Positions 23,745 to 35,334 of a stretch of DNA of 64,000 nt are shown piece by piece (the first letter of the stretch is position 1; every line of letters starts with the position of its first letter). The stretch is from Ascoidea asiatica JCM 7603. Taxonomy: Eukaryota; Fungi; Ascomycota. The notes under the pieces were generated by a model. That model had not been told where the DNA came from. It worked only from the letters and a program-made list of their open reading frames with translations, and made no database searches. Made by a program: the position numbers and the translations under genes. The stretch is from contig BCKQ01000012.1 of assembly GCA_001600695.1 (NCBI GenBank), forward strand, positions 457,312 through 521,311, read 5' to 3'.

Positions 23745-24248
23745 ATGAAAAGAAAATCAAACAAAGAAAAGCCAGTAAAAAAAATTGAGTCAAATTCATC
23801 AGGTGAAATTTCATCTGATGAGATTATTCATGGTTTGAAAAGAAAACAATCTAATCAGTCATTTAATTCTAAGAAATCTAACATTGACTTAAAAATTAAT
23901 GAAGATTATCAAAAAATTAATATTGAAGGTCATGTTGAAAAAAAATGTAAAACATCCGATGAACATCTTAGTTGTTTACCTACTAAATCAATCAATTTTA
24001 TTCCACTTGTTTTGGTAAATGAAAACGAACATGAAAGTGAAAAGCAAAAACAAACTAGAAGAAAAGAGAAGGAAGAAATATCATCAGAAGAGAAACCAAA
24101 ACCCAAAACCAAACCCAAAACCAAAAAACAAAAAGATAATGATGATGATTACTTTCTTGGACATGATTTTCTTGCTGGAATCCGAGCTGCTATTCAGGCT
24201 GCTACTAAACCCTCTTCTGATAAAACTGTTCCAGAATCTGAAGAATAA
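23745..24248 (+). CDS. Hypothetical K/E/S-rich protein (167 aa)
   Basis: ATG in AAA context, open 167 codons, low complexity, no recognised domain. Confidence 0.45.
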   Translation: MKRKSNKEKPVKKIESNSSGEISSDEIIHGLKRKQSNQSFNSKKSNIDLKINEDYQKINIEGHVEKKCKTSDEHLSCLPTKSINFIPLVLVNENEHESEKQKQTRRKEKEEISSEEKPKPKTKPKTKKQKDNDDDYFLGHDFLAGIRAAIQAATKPSSDKTVPESEE

Positions 24249-24371
24249 TATAAAATTGAATTTAACTGCAGTATATACAGCTTTGTATTATTTCTTTGTA
24301 TTATTTCTTTGTATTATTTCTTCATATAAAGTAAAGCAATAAAAGATAAGTTTTCAATAATAAAAAACAGC

Positions 24372-24445
24372 TGATTTTGCCCAGGATCGAACTGGGGACG
24401 TTCTGCGTGTTAAGCAGATGCCATAACCAACTAGACCACAAAACC
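24372..24445 (-). tRNA. tRNA-Val(AAC)
   Basis: Reverse complement GGTTTTGTGGTCTAGTTGGTTATGGCA TCTGC-TTAACAC-GCAGA ACGTCCCCAGTTCGATCCTGGGCAAAATCA; T-run downstream. Confidence 0.96.
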
Positions 24446-24866
24446 AGACTGGTACACACAAGATTTTTCGGTTGCGAAGAAAACAATAATAATGGAATTG
24501 CGTTAAAATGTGCCTTAAATGCAATTCCGTCCTTATTAACCGGAATGCGGAATTTAAATGCGGAAACATACATCCAGCTAGAAAGTGCATACTGTGCTCT
24601 GGAATGGTACGGTACGGACACGACATTTTTTATATCGACTTTGTTTAGAAGTGGCACTGGAAATAAAATAAAGGTGTTTGAAAATAAAGGTGTTGAAGTA
24701 AACTGGATATATTATCAGTTTTGAACTAAATTGAATTGAATTAAAGGAAGTTATAACGCTGGCTTTTAAAGAAGAAGGATGAATTAATTGAGATACAATA
24801 TATATATATATATATACATATATTGAAATCGAAAGTACTATTTATTTAGTATTCAAACTTCTTTTA

Positions 24867-26058
24867 ATGGAATCAAATACATATAATACTTTTAATCTTA
24901 ATAATGTATCTAAATATGACAATAAATATTTAAAAAAAAATTGTTTCCCATTTTATAAAAAATTACCAATTCATATATTAAAATTCATATTTAATGAATT
25001 ATCAAATGATATTTTATTAATATTATCAATTTCAAATGATTCAATTATAAAAAAATTAGCGCTTTATTATTTATATTCTACTATTATTTTAATAAATTCA
25101 AATTCAAATTCAATTTCAAATTCATATTTCAATTCATTTTTTAATTCAAATTATAAAAATGAATATAATAATGATGAAAATATTATTTATAAGAAAAAAA
25201 TTTTAAAATATAATGAAAAATATCATTTTAAAAAACTTTTAATAATTAATCAAGAAATTTTTAAAATTAATTCAAAAATTAATTATGAAATTATGTTAAA
25301 TATTTCTAATTTCACAAAACAAATTTATATTTTACCAATTGGTTCAAATAAACAATTTACTGGATTCTTTAATAGATCTTTTATTTTTCATAAATTTATT
25401 TTTATTTTAAATCATTTTAATAAACATCATTTAAATTTAAATTTAAATAAAATTATTTTAAAATATAAACAAATTTCTATAAAAAATATTAATAGATTTT
25501 TAAATCCTTTAAATTATTCAAATAAATATTATATTAATTTAAAATATTTAGAAATTTCAAATTCAAATTTAACTGATAATCATTTTAAATATATTAATGA
25601 TAATTTTAATAATAGTTTTAATAATAGATTAAAAAATTTATTAATTTTAAATCTTAATAATAATAATTTAACTTTAATTCCAAAATTTATTTATAATTTA
25701 AAAAATTTAAATTCATTAAATATATCAAATAATAATTTAATTAAAATTGAATTAGATTTTTTAAAATTATCAAAAAATTTAAAATTTTTAAAAATTTCAA
25801 ATAATAATTTAGATAAATTACCAAAATTTTTAATTGAATTTAAAAAATTAATTTTTTTAGATTTATCATATAATAAATTTAATATAATTTCATTTAATAA
25901 TTTAAAAATTTTTTTTTTAATTGAAATTAATTTAAAAAATTTAAAAAATTCATTTATTTCTTTTACTAATGGAATTTTTTTTTTTAAAACAAAAGATAAA
26001 AAATTATTAAAGAGATTTTTAAAAGTAAAAAAAAAAAAATCATTATTAAATGATAATA

Positions 26059-26099
<41 letters not shown>

Positions 26100-26252
26100 G
26101 AAGATATTATTATTGTTGAAGAAAGTTGGGGAAGATCATTTAAGAAAATTATAATTTCTATATTAAGATTATGGATAACTATAATGATTATTGGATTTAT
26201 TACATATATTTTAATAAGTAAATTAGATAATATTATTCAAAAAGTCTTTTAA
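24867..26252 (+). CDS. F-box-like + LRR protein with C-terminal transmembrane anchor
   Basis: N-terminal LPIHILKFIFNELS..ILLILS (F-box-like); LRRs LKYLEISNSNL, LLILNLNNNNL, LNSLNISNNNL, LIFLDLSYNKF; C-terminal hydrophobic helix. Confidence 0.7.
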
Positions 26253-26362
26253 ATATGAATAGGTAATATTTATTTGATTTGTTTATATTGATAAAATGAG
26301 ATACAAAAAAAAAAAAACATTATAATAGGATAAAAAATTACATAAATTAGTTGTTCAGGGAC

Positions 26363-26569
26363 TTAATCAAAAACAAGATTATTAAAACGAAAGTGCCTTC
26401 TCAAAGGTTCTTCTTCACTAAACCAAAGTCTTCTTTCTTTATTACAAAACATACAAATATCTGAGGGTTCATTATAAGCCCAACATCCACCACATCTCCA
26501 AACAGTACCAAATCGATTATGTTGATTATAAGAACCAGAATGATCATCTTTTTCACAAACTTGATACAT
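26363..26569 (-). CDS. 68-aa microprotein with RanBP2/NZF-like zinc finger
   Basis: ATG at 26569 in AAAATG context; WRCGGCWAYNEPSDICMFC = W-x-C-x2-C-x3-N-x5-C-x2-C. Confidence 0.55.
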   Translation of the reverse strand: MYQVCEKDDHSGSYNQHNRFGTVWRCGGCWAYNEPSDICMFCNKERRLWFSEEEPLRRHFRFNNLVFD

Positions 26570-27636
26570 TTTCAATTTATAAATATGAATTATTGTTTTC
26601 CTTGAATCAATCAATATTATTTTTTAAAAAAGAGGATAAATCGGATTTAATTCTAACGTAATAATACTTAATTTATAATATAAAGAAGCTACTTTTTCCT
26701 GTAAAAAGAAATATGGAAGAAAAAAAAAAAAGAACACATTCTTTAAGAGAATGATTAGGTTATATATACATCGCATGGAACTTCCCTGAAAGAAATAGTC
26801 TTCATTCACATTCATGTTACTCTGCCTGTGTCTTGAGTGAAGATTTGAACATTTATATATTCAATTAATTTTAGTAAAAGAGGTTTTAAAATCCTCAAAG
26901 CAAAAGGCTGTTTATTTCTCAGAGATGACCCACATAAAGTTTTGCATCTTCCACCCATTTCCAGAGTTCCAACCGAGTTCCAGTTTTTTGTCTTCTTTCC
27001 AAGGTGGTTTTTTTGTGTTGTGTACCTGGAAGTATCGCGTGCCATTGCTATTCCAAGACAATAAACACTTTACTCGGTTCAACCGAAATAAAGGTGTAGC
27101 ATTAACATTAAGTTACAAAGTTATAAAGTATGTCTTTATCCATTTTATCAGTCAAAGGTTTAATATATTGAGTAGTTATGTGAACTGAAAAAACAAGATT
27201 CAACAGTCACTTCCAGTTAATTTATATTTAAATGTTATTTTATTTGACTATTCTTTGGATTACTTAGATATGCAAATCATTCAAAAACAAATAAAAATAA
27301 GGCTTTTAAGAAGAGATCTAGAATTGTTATATATTTATATATATTTATATGTTTTCGGAAAATATTTATTGGAATTGTAATACTTATTGTCTAATTTGGA
27401 TTTGAATTTGAATCCAAATGAAAGGTAACTTTTCTTTAATGAATTAAAATTAAAAATAGTTAAAGTAAATTACCGAAATAGTGTTCTCAAGAATTGAAAA
27501 TATATAATAATAATAATGTAATATATAAACTTGAATAACATTTCTAAAATATGATAGAAGTAAAAATATATTAACTTTTTGACTAATTGATTTTTAATTC
27601 AAATTAAATTACCTAGAAGTTTATAAACAAACAAAA

Positions 27637-30487
27637 ATGATAATTAATTCATCTAAATCTTATTTCTTCTTCTCAGTTTGGATTTTATTAAATTCAATTA
27701 GTTTTTTAAATAAAATTAATGCAGAAGATTTAGTTTTATCAACTTCATATACAACTTCTGTATCAACTTTTATTTCAACAAGTACAAGTATTATAGGAAC
27801 TGTTAATACTGATAATAATTTAGGTAATTTTCTCTTAGCAATTCCACAAGCTGATGGTTTAACTACTTCTTTAAGTGTTTCAACTTCTCAAGGTCAAGCT
27901 TTCACTTTTGCTATTCTTTTAGCTACAATTGCAATAACAACAACCTAATCTTCAGAACTTCCAACGGTTATCACAATTTCTTCTTCTTCAACTTCTTCTT
28001 CAACTTCCTCCTCAACTTCCATTGAATCTACTTCAAAATCTACTTCAAAATCTACTTCGGAACCTAGCATAGTTGAAACTATTTCAAGCACATCATCTGC
28101 TAAGACAACTTCTAGTTCATCATCCACTTCCGTTGAAATAACTACATCTTCAAAAACTACTTCAGCTGAATCTAAAACTTCAGAATCTACCTCAGAATCT
28201 ACTTTAGTCGAAACTACCTCAAAAACATCATCTTCAACTGAAGTTACTTCAAGTACTTCATTTTCTAAGACTTCAAGTACACCCTCTAGTTTAGAGGAAG
28301 TAACTTTAACTTCGGAATCTATTTCAGACTTCATTTCAGTTGAAACTGAATCAAGCACCTCATCATTAATTGAAACTACTTCAAGCACTCCATCATCATT
28401 AGATGAAACAAAATTTCTTTAACGTCCTCATTATATGAAATCACAAGTACATCTTCATCTTCAACGCCTACAGTAGTAGAAGAAACTACTTTAGAATCTT
28501 CAGTCGTAATTGAATCAAGCATTTCCCCAACTTCAATTTCAACATCAGTCTCAGAAGAAACTACTTCAAGTTCTTCTTCGCTTGAAACTTCTAATGCATC
28601 ATCTTCCGTTGAATCTACCTCAAGTACATCCATATTAATAAAAGCTACTTCAACTTTAACATCAACATCATATTTAGTTGAATCTACACCAAACACATTA
28701 TCTTCCATTATTGAAACTGATTTAACCGAAGTATCTGAATCATCTTTAAATTCTGAGACATATACTTCGGAACTTACAGAGACTAGTTCAGTTTCAGTTC
28801 AAATCTCTTTACCAATTGAATCTATATCAGATAATTCTATAGGTTCAGAATCTACTAAAATGTTATATACATCAAGTGCTTCAATAACTAATTCTGAGGC
28901 TACTTATTCTTCGTCAGAGAGTACATTAAGTGATATTTTACCGGCAACATTATCTTCAGAAGAGTTCGTTTCTGAGACTACTGAATTTTCAATCGAAGAA
29001 GCAAGTCAATATGAATCAATTCAATCTGAATCAAAGAATACAGAAGAACTTTCATCTCAATTGAGACAACCACTGTCTCAATTACTTCCTTCACTTATTC
29101 TAGTAATGAAGCTATCTCAAGTAATATCAATGAAAACTCAGTAGAATCAAGTAATTCATTCATAGATATTTCTGAAGAAGTGAAAAATGTTGAACCTTCA
29201 AATTCTTTCACAGAATCTTCAGAATTCTCTGTTTCTTCTACCACTTTTACAGTTACTGAACTGACCTCAAAAAGCTCTACAAGTTACATTGTAACAAATC
29301 AAATTTCAACTTCCTCGTATTCTTCAATTTCAATCCCCACAATTATTTCACATTCTATTACTTCAGATATTATTTCAATAGAAACTTCTTCAGAAAAATA
29401 CGAAAACTCTTTAACTTTAGAATCAGAACATGAAGATGAAACAACAACTAAAAGTTCAATTGATTCTTCCTTTACAGAATTAGAAACAACACATATACTA
29501 GAGTCTACAACCACTCAATATACCACTACAGCACTAGAACCAGTCTCAAGTTATGAATTCAATCCCAGTTCCATTTTAATTTCTGATGATTCTGACTTAA
29601 ATCTGATTTCTTCTACCCCAGAAGTTACAATCACAGCTTTCAGAAGTGAAACAGAACTGCAAACAAAAATTTCTGAATATCCTTTTTCAACCTCTGAAAA
29701 TGATGATTCTGTTGAAAGTTCAAGCACGGTCAAAACAAGCTATACCTTAGAATCAAATTCTGATTCAATTTCTTTTATTTCAGATGAAATGACAACTCTT
29801 TCAGGAACATCTTTGACAATAAATGAAATATTAATCCCTTCATTTTCTAATTTAAATGAAATTTTCAACACCGGTTCCAATTCAATGCCTCAATCTACAT
29901 CTGAAATTATTTCAGAATCAGTAGTTACCTCAACATTCACTGAACTTCAGACTTTATCCTCCTTTGAAAAAGAAACAATATCTTCATTTCCTAGTTTTGA
30001 AGCAGGATCAGAAACTGGAAGTCATACCCAAACTATAGAAAATTCAGACACTCTAAGTGATTCTGAATATACAAATGGAATTTCAGGAACTACAGTATCA
30101 TCTGCTGACACAAGAATGATAAAAATAACTACACTGACATTGGAGAGTAATATAGAAGAAACACCTTTTTCATCAGTTGTATATGAATCTCAAGGTTCAT
30201 ATAAAACCGAAAGTTCTACTCACATCTCGTCCATTATTACCAAATCATCTTCAAAATCTTCAAGTAAAGATTTGTCTGAAAGTTCAGAAAGTGGTTCCAG
30301 CACAAGAAGCGCTACATTAATGGTCCAATCTACCCTTTCCCTGTCCATTCATGGAAATTCCTTAGAGTCCACTGGAACTACTGTTTTGATTCAGCAATAC
30401 GAAGCACAAGCTACTAAGCTCTTAAAAAGTTTCACAAAGTACATTGCTACTTTTATTGCAAATTTTTCTCTTATTTTACTTTTATAA
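27637..30487 (+). pseudogene. Disrupted Ser/Thr-rich GPI adhesin/flocculin-like gene (~950 codons reconstructed)
   Basis: Signal peptide at 27637; in-frame TAA at 27946-27948; frameshifts at ~28411 and ~29057. S/T/E-rich reading continues across the lesions to a GPI signal (QQYEAQATKL...). Paralog of 32123-33982. Confidence 0.8.
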
Positions 30488-32122
30488 TCTTCTCAAAAAA
30501 ATTTCACTTCATACTTACTTATATTCATTTCTTGAAAAAATCTAGAGCTTTTTATCAAAGATTAGTTGTTAATTTTTTTTTTTACATAAAAGATTGAATT
30601 TTTTTCTCTTAATTCAAAGCCCTTTTTTTTAGTATCAAAGCAGCATTATATTCAAAATTCAAAATTCAAACTTCTATTTCTATTTCTATTGTTATAATCT
30701 TTCTAAACTATGGTGATCTGTCACATTAACGTTTGTTGTGACATGAATTTTTCTTTTAATTCATTTGATATTTCTCTCCTGTTTTGATTGCAACTTGAGT
30801 TCGAGATCAAAAAGCCACACTGCAGCTAGGACGCAGGGTTAGTGCAGCAGGGCAACTGGAACGAACTTACAGGACAGGCCTGTAGAAACCATTTCTCCAA
30901 CCGAGCTTTACCGTTACTACCGGTAAAATGAAACCACTTTCAACTATTGAAGTTCTTGAAGTTAATTCTCACTGACGAAATATTTGAAGCATTAGATACT
31001 TATCTGATATCAAAGCAGTGGAAAATTGGAGTTCAAGTATGCTATATTCTAGGTATCTTTTTGGAACTCTTTCTTTATTAATATCAATTGCTTTATCTCA
31101 AATATTTTAAAGATAGGCTATTAGTATATAAGTGGCAGGCTGTTGATATAAGCTCTGCTTTTGGGACTTGTTCAGAAAACTTTGTGTTACTCAATGGGAA
31201 AATATGACGAGAAATAGTTTACTTTAAATGATTTTAAATAGAAATCCATTCAAACTATGTTTGAGAAGTAGCAATAAAAATTATTCATAATATTTTCATG
31301 CAAAGTTCTAGGTCAAATGCTTTTTTACAAGAAAAATATATAATATGGTAATACTTAAAAAACTATTTCTCACTAAATCAAACAATAAAACGGTTTTAAT
31401 TGATCCAACCAAGTTTTGTCACTGAAAAAATTAATAAACAAAAAACATTCGCTACAACAGCTGGACAATTAATAGCTGCAAAATCAAATATCGACCATTT
31501 TACCGTTTATTGGTAAATTTCAACAAAGAGACCAAAATTCCTGTTACCGCAGATCAAAAAATAAATATGGTGAAACCAATAAGATGTTTTGATAATTATT
31601 TTTTTGTTTGGAGATAAAAAAGCATAATTAATTTATTTGAAAATTATTGTAGTAATAAATTATTTGTATATTTACCATAGGGAATTACTTTTTTGTGCAA
31701 TTATAAGACATAACTTTTTTGGTTTAACAGTATATCCAAAACAGTGAAGATTTTTATTGATTATATCTATTATTCCAAAGAAAAGGATCTTTATAACAAT
31801 CTAGTTCTAGATTTGAAAAGAAAATGGTTTTAATAACTCATTTTGGTTTGGTTAAAACTCAAAATGAATATTTTTCAATTCATTTATAATTTGATTTATT
31901 ATATCACTAGCAGAAAATATATTTTAGAAATGTCCAAACTGAATACTTATTCTCACTATAAAAAAGAAGGATTATCACCAATGAAAGCTGAATTCATTTA
32001 TAAAGCTGAATTATTATATCTAATATTAATTCATTATTAAATTAATCGTTTTGACAAGGACAATTCTTAAAGGAAATTGAAAATAATTAAACCAATAGTT
32101 ATATGAAATCAGCAATCTCAAA

Positions 32123-33982
32123 ATGTCTTTTAATTTTTTTTATTTATTAGTTCTTTTCACAACGCTTTTTGGAAAATTGATTTTAGCAGAAGAAGGATTT
32201 TATTCTAATATTCAAAATACTGCTTCAAGTAGTGCTAACCTTGGTGACTTTATTGCAGCAGAAACTGGGACTACTGATGGAGCTTTAAGTACCTCTCTTA
32301 GCACAACTTTGATTACATCTTTAACTACTTCTTATACTACATCATATTCAACAATTGTTTCAACAAGCACCAGTGTGTTATCAACGGTCGATGCAACTAT
32401 AACAGCTGAAAATCTTTTTTCAGAACTCTCAATTTCCTCAGAGATTCCTACAAAAGGATTAACACTTTCTCTCAAAGTTTTGGCATTACAGGGAGGAAGA
32501 CAATCTACAGTGGGTGTACTTATTAGAACTATTAAGATAACAACTGTATCATCATCTGTTCTTCCTTCAGTTTTAACAACTACTAGTGCATCTACAGTAA
32601 AGTATTCAAATTCAACTATAATATCTCCAGATACCCTGAGCTCCAGTGAAACTTCCAAAACGGATATTTCAACATCATATACTCTGCTTACAACTGAAAA
32701 GAAACAAGTCTCTACAACAGATAAATCCACAGAAACAACAAGTAACTTAAGTGAAACAACAGATATTTCAATTACTTCAAAAGAAAGAGTTACAACTTCT
32801 ATTAAGAAGTTACCCACAACAACCTCAATTACTACTTTTGATACAACTTCTGTTTCCACTTCTAAGAGTATTGTAAGTACAAAATCTACTACAAGTACTT
32901 ACTCCAGCGAAACTGAAGCATATACTGAAACGGATGAAGTTAAAAAATATACAGCAACTATTACATCCCTTACTTCTACTTCTACAGGCTCTACAGAATC
33001 AACCGAAGCCAATTCATTAGCTGAAACTGGTGAGTATATTGAGACTAGTAAGTCTATTGAGTCGGTTGAAATTACCAAATATACTTCTACTATTACAAGT
33101 ATTGGTTCCACTGAATCCACTGACTTAGAAGAAGCTCAAACTTCAGTTAAAATTACAGAAACTACTGAAAGTACTGAAACTATGGAATCTTCAGAATCCA
33201 CTAGATATACTACGTCTACTACAAACACTAATAGTATTTACTCAAGTAATAGTATTATAAATGGTGGTTCCAGTGAATATACTTATTCAAGTGAAACTAG
33301 TGAATCTTTTGCAATAATTGAAGATATCCAGTCTACTGAAACTATTCCTTTTACTGATTCTACTGTTTTTGCTGGTTCGAGTGTGTCTACTGAATTTAGT
33401 GAATCTACTAGTGTAACTGCATCTAGTAGTTCCAATACATACACAGATTCTCCAAGAGCAATTACTATATCCGCTTCTTTATCGGTATTTGAGACCTCTA
33501 TGACGACTGATTCTAGCATTTCTTCCAAGAGTACAGGTGGTACTAGGAAAAGTACTTCTGATGAAATAACTGAATATTCAACAGATTCTTCATTTGAAAG
33601 TAAAACAAATGAAATGTCAACTGTAACTTCAGAAGAGGTTTTTGTTTCAAATAATGAATATTTTTCCAAAACTTCCTCGGAACACATTACTGAAACTTCT
33701 TCACATTCAACAGCGATTTCAAGTTCAGATATTAGTGAAACTGGCAAAGCTTCAATTGTTTCACATAGTTCATCTTCTTCAAGCGATTCCAAAACTTCAG
33801 GTCCAAATACTTTTTCTACTCTATCTACTGTTTCAATATCAATTCAAGTAAGTACATCACTTACAAGTGAACCATCAGCTGTAGTATCACAATATGAAGG
33901 TAAAGGTAATAAAGTCTTTACTTCATTGAAATTTTTTGCCTTTGCAAGTATCTCAAATTTCATTTTTATTTTACTCTTATAA
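32123..33982 (+). CDS. Ser/Thr-rich GPI-anchored adhesin/flocculin-like cell-wall protein
   Basis: Signal peptide, TES/TET-rich stalk, SQYEGKGNKV plus hydrophobic tail. N-domain shared with 27637 (TSYTTS.ST..STSTS...TV; GLT.SL.V...QG; TI.ITT). Confidence 0.85.
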   Translation: MSFNFFYLLVLFTTLFGKLILAEEGFYSNIQNTASSSANLGDFIAAETGTTDGALSTSLSTTLITSLTTSYTTSYSTIVSTSTSVLSTVDATITAENLFSELSISSEIPTKGLTLSLKVLALQGGRQSTVGVLIRTIKITTVSSSVLPSVLTTTSASTVKYSNSTIISPDTLSSSETSKTDISTSYTLLTTEKKQVSTTDKSTETTSNLSETTDISITSKERVTTSIKKLPTTTSITTFDTTSVSTSKSIVSTKSTTSTYSSETEAYTETDEVKKYTATITSLTSTSTGSTESTEANSLAETGEYIETSKSIESVEITKYTSTITSIGSTESTDLEEAQTSVKITETTESTETMESSESTRYTTSTTNTNSIYSSNSIINGGSSEYTYSSETSESFAIIEDIQSTETIPFTDSTVFAGSSVSTEFSESTSVTASSSSNTYTDSPRAITISASLSVFETSMTTDSSISSKSTGGTRKSTSDEITEYSTDSSFESKTNEMSTVTSEEVFVSNNEYFSKTSSEHITETSSHSTAISSSDISETGKASIVSHSSSSSSDSKTSGPNTFSTLSTVSISIQVSTSLTSEPSAVVSQYEGKGNKVFTSLKFFAFASISNFIFILLL

Positions 33983-35334
33983 GGTTTTAGTTCTTAGTTA
34001 CATTTGCTTTTTTTTTTTTTATTTCAAATTCTTTCAACTTTCAATCGGAAAGACTGATGAGTGTAATCCGATTCTATTTAATATCCAATAAAAGATTTTG
34101 TTTTCTCTCCTGGGCTTATACAAATAACCTTAAATTTTCGCTACAAAATCATTTTATTTTCATAATTTAATACATATTTTCTTCAAATCATTGCTATATT
34201 TGCGTTTGTGTTGTCCCACACGTATTATTGTGTCCGTGAATGTTTCACTTTTTGTCCTGAATTTGTTGATAAAGCTTAATTACTCTATTTGTGAAAGTCT
34301 AGTTTCCAGTATTACTTACTATCAATAATATGCTTTGTGATAATCTCTGAGCAATAAAAAGTACCTCTGAATTAAATTACAGGTGTATTTGTAGGTGGTT
34401 AGTGAGTGATAAGAAGGAAAAGCAGCTCACTCTTTAACATGACAGCTAGGGTTAACTTTACTTCAAGCGAGGGGTTCAAAAAAGGAGCGCCGCAAAGCTG
34501 GTTTCGGGTGTCTACCCGGGCCGGTGTTTTTAGGTTTGATTTTCCCTGAGTTTGTTTGAGTCCCATGAAAAGAAAAAAGAGCAAGAAACGGAGAGCTGAC
34601 AGAGAGCAGAAGAAGAAGAAGAAGAAGAAGAGGAAGATGATGATGATGAAGGAGAAGAAGAGAGCAATGATGTTGGAGACGACTGCAAGGAAAACAATTA
34701 TAAACACCAGCAATGGGGTCTGGAGATAGAGAAGACCCTGGGTGATATTCTTCCAGTCTTTGATCTCAGAAGAACAGGAGTAAATAAACTTCTTCCATAA
34801 CAATCTTCCATTTACTCCAAAAACCACATCGGGAAGCAATACATAATTCGAAGGGCTGGAACTTCTGATAAAGAATAGGTGGAGTAAAACGTCTAAAGTA
34901 GTCACTCACCCTGAAATGAGAAATGAGTTTTTTATTATATTCAATCTTTGGAACTAAATGTAAATAGGGAAACAAAAGTAAATAAATAGATAAATGAGCA
35001 AAGTAAATAAGCATAACAAATAGGCAAATTGAGCTTAAAAATTGTGCTTATCTCATCTTGCATTTGTAATTTTCAAATTGCAATATTGTAACTCCCCATA
35101 TAACCCCAACTAATCCAATATAATCTAAATTGAGATACTTTAATCATATAAATCAAATTCAACTATCTCTAATTATATATTCAATTGTATATACAGTATA
35201 ATTGAATATATAAATGTGACAGATTTCATCCATCTTTTTCAAAAATCCAGATTCACTTTTAATCTTTTAATTAATCTCATATATAAAATCTAAACTGAAT
35301 AATAATACTTTATAAAATCTACAAAATCTACAAA

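Noticed and set aside
23640-23745. ATG-GTAAGT as a first exon/intron for the 23745 ORF
   Set aside because: Both candidate AG acceptors give an immediate out-of-frame stop.
23034-24724. ORFs 23034-23216, 24322-24657, 24354-24626 and 24377-24724
   Set aside because: They overlap tRNA genes and are open by chance in GC-richer sequence.
27945-33792. Minus-strand V/E/D-rich ORFs (27945, 28376, 29299, 29551, 32332, 32899, 33283)
   Set aside because: Antisense shadows of Ser/Thr-rich adhesin codons.
34399-35014. ORFs across the (GAA)n/(GAT)n tract
   Set aside because: Trinucleotide repeats keep frames open; the acidic plus-strand frame has no ATG.
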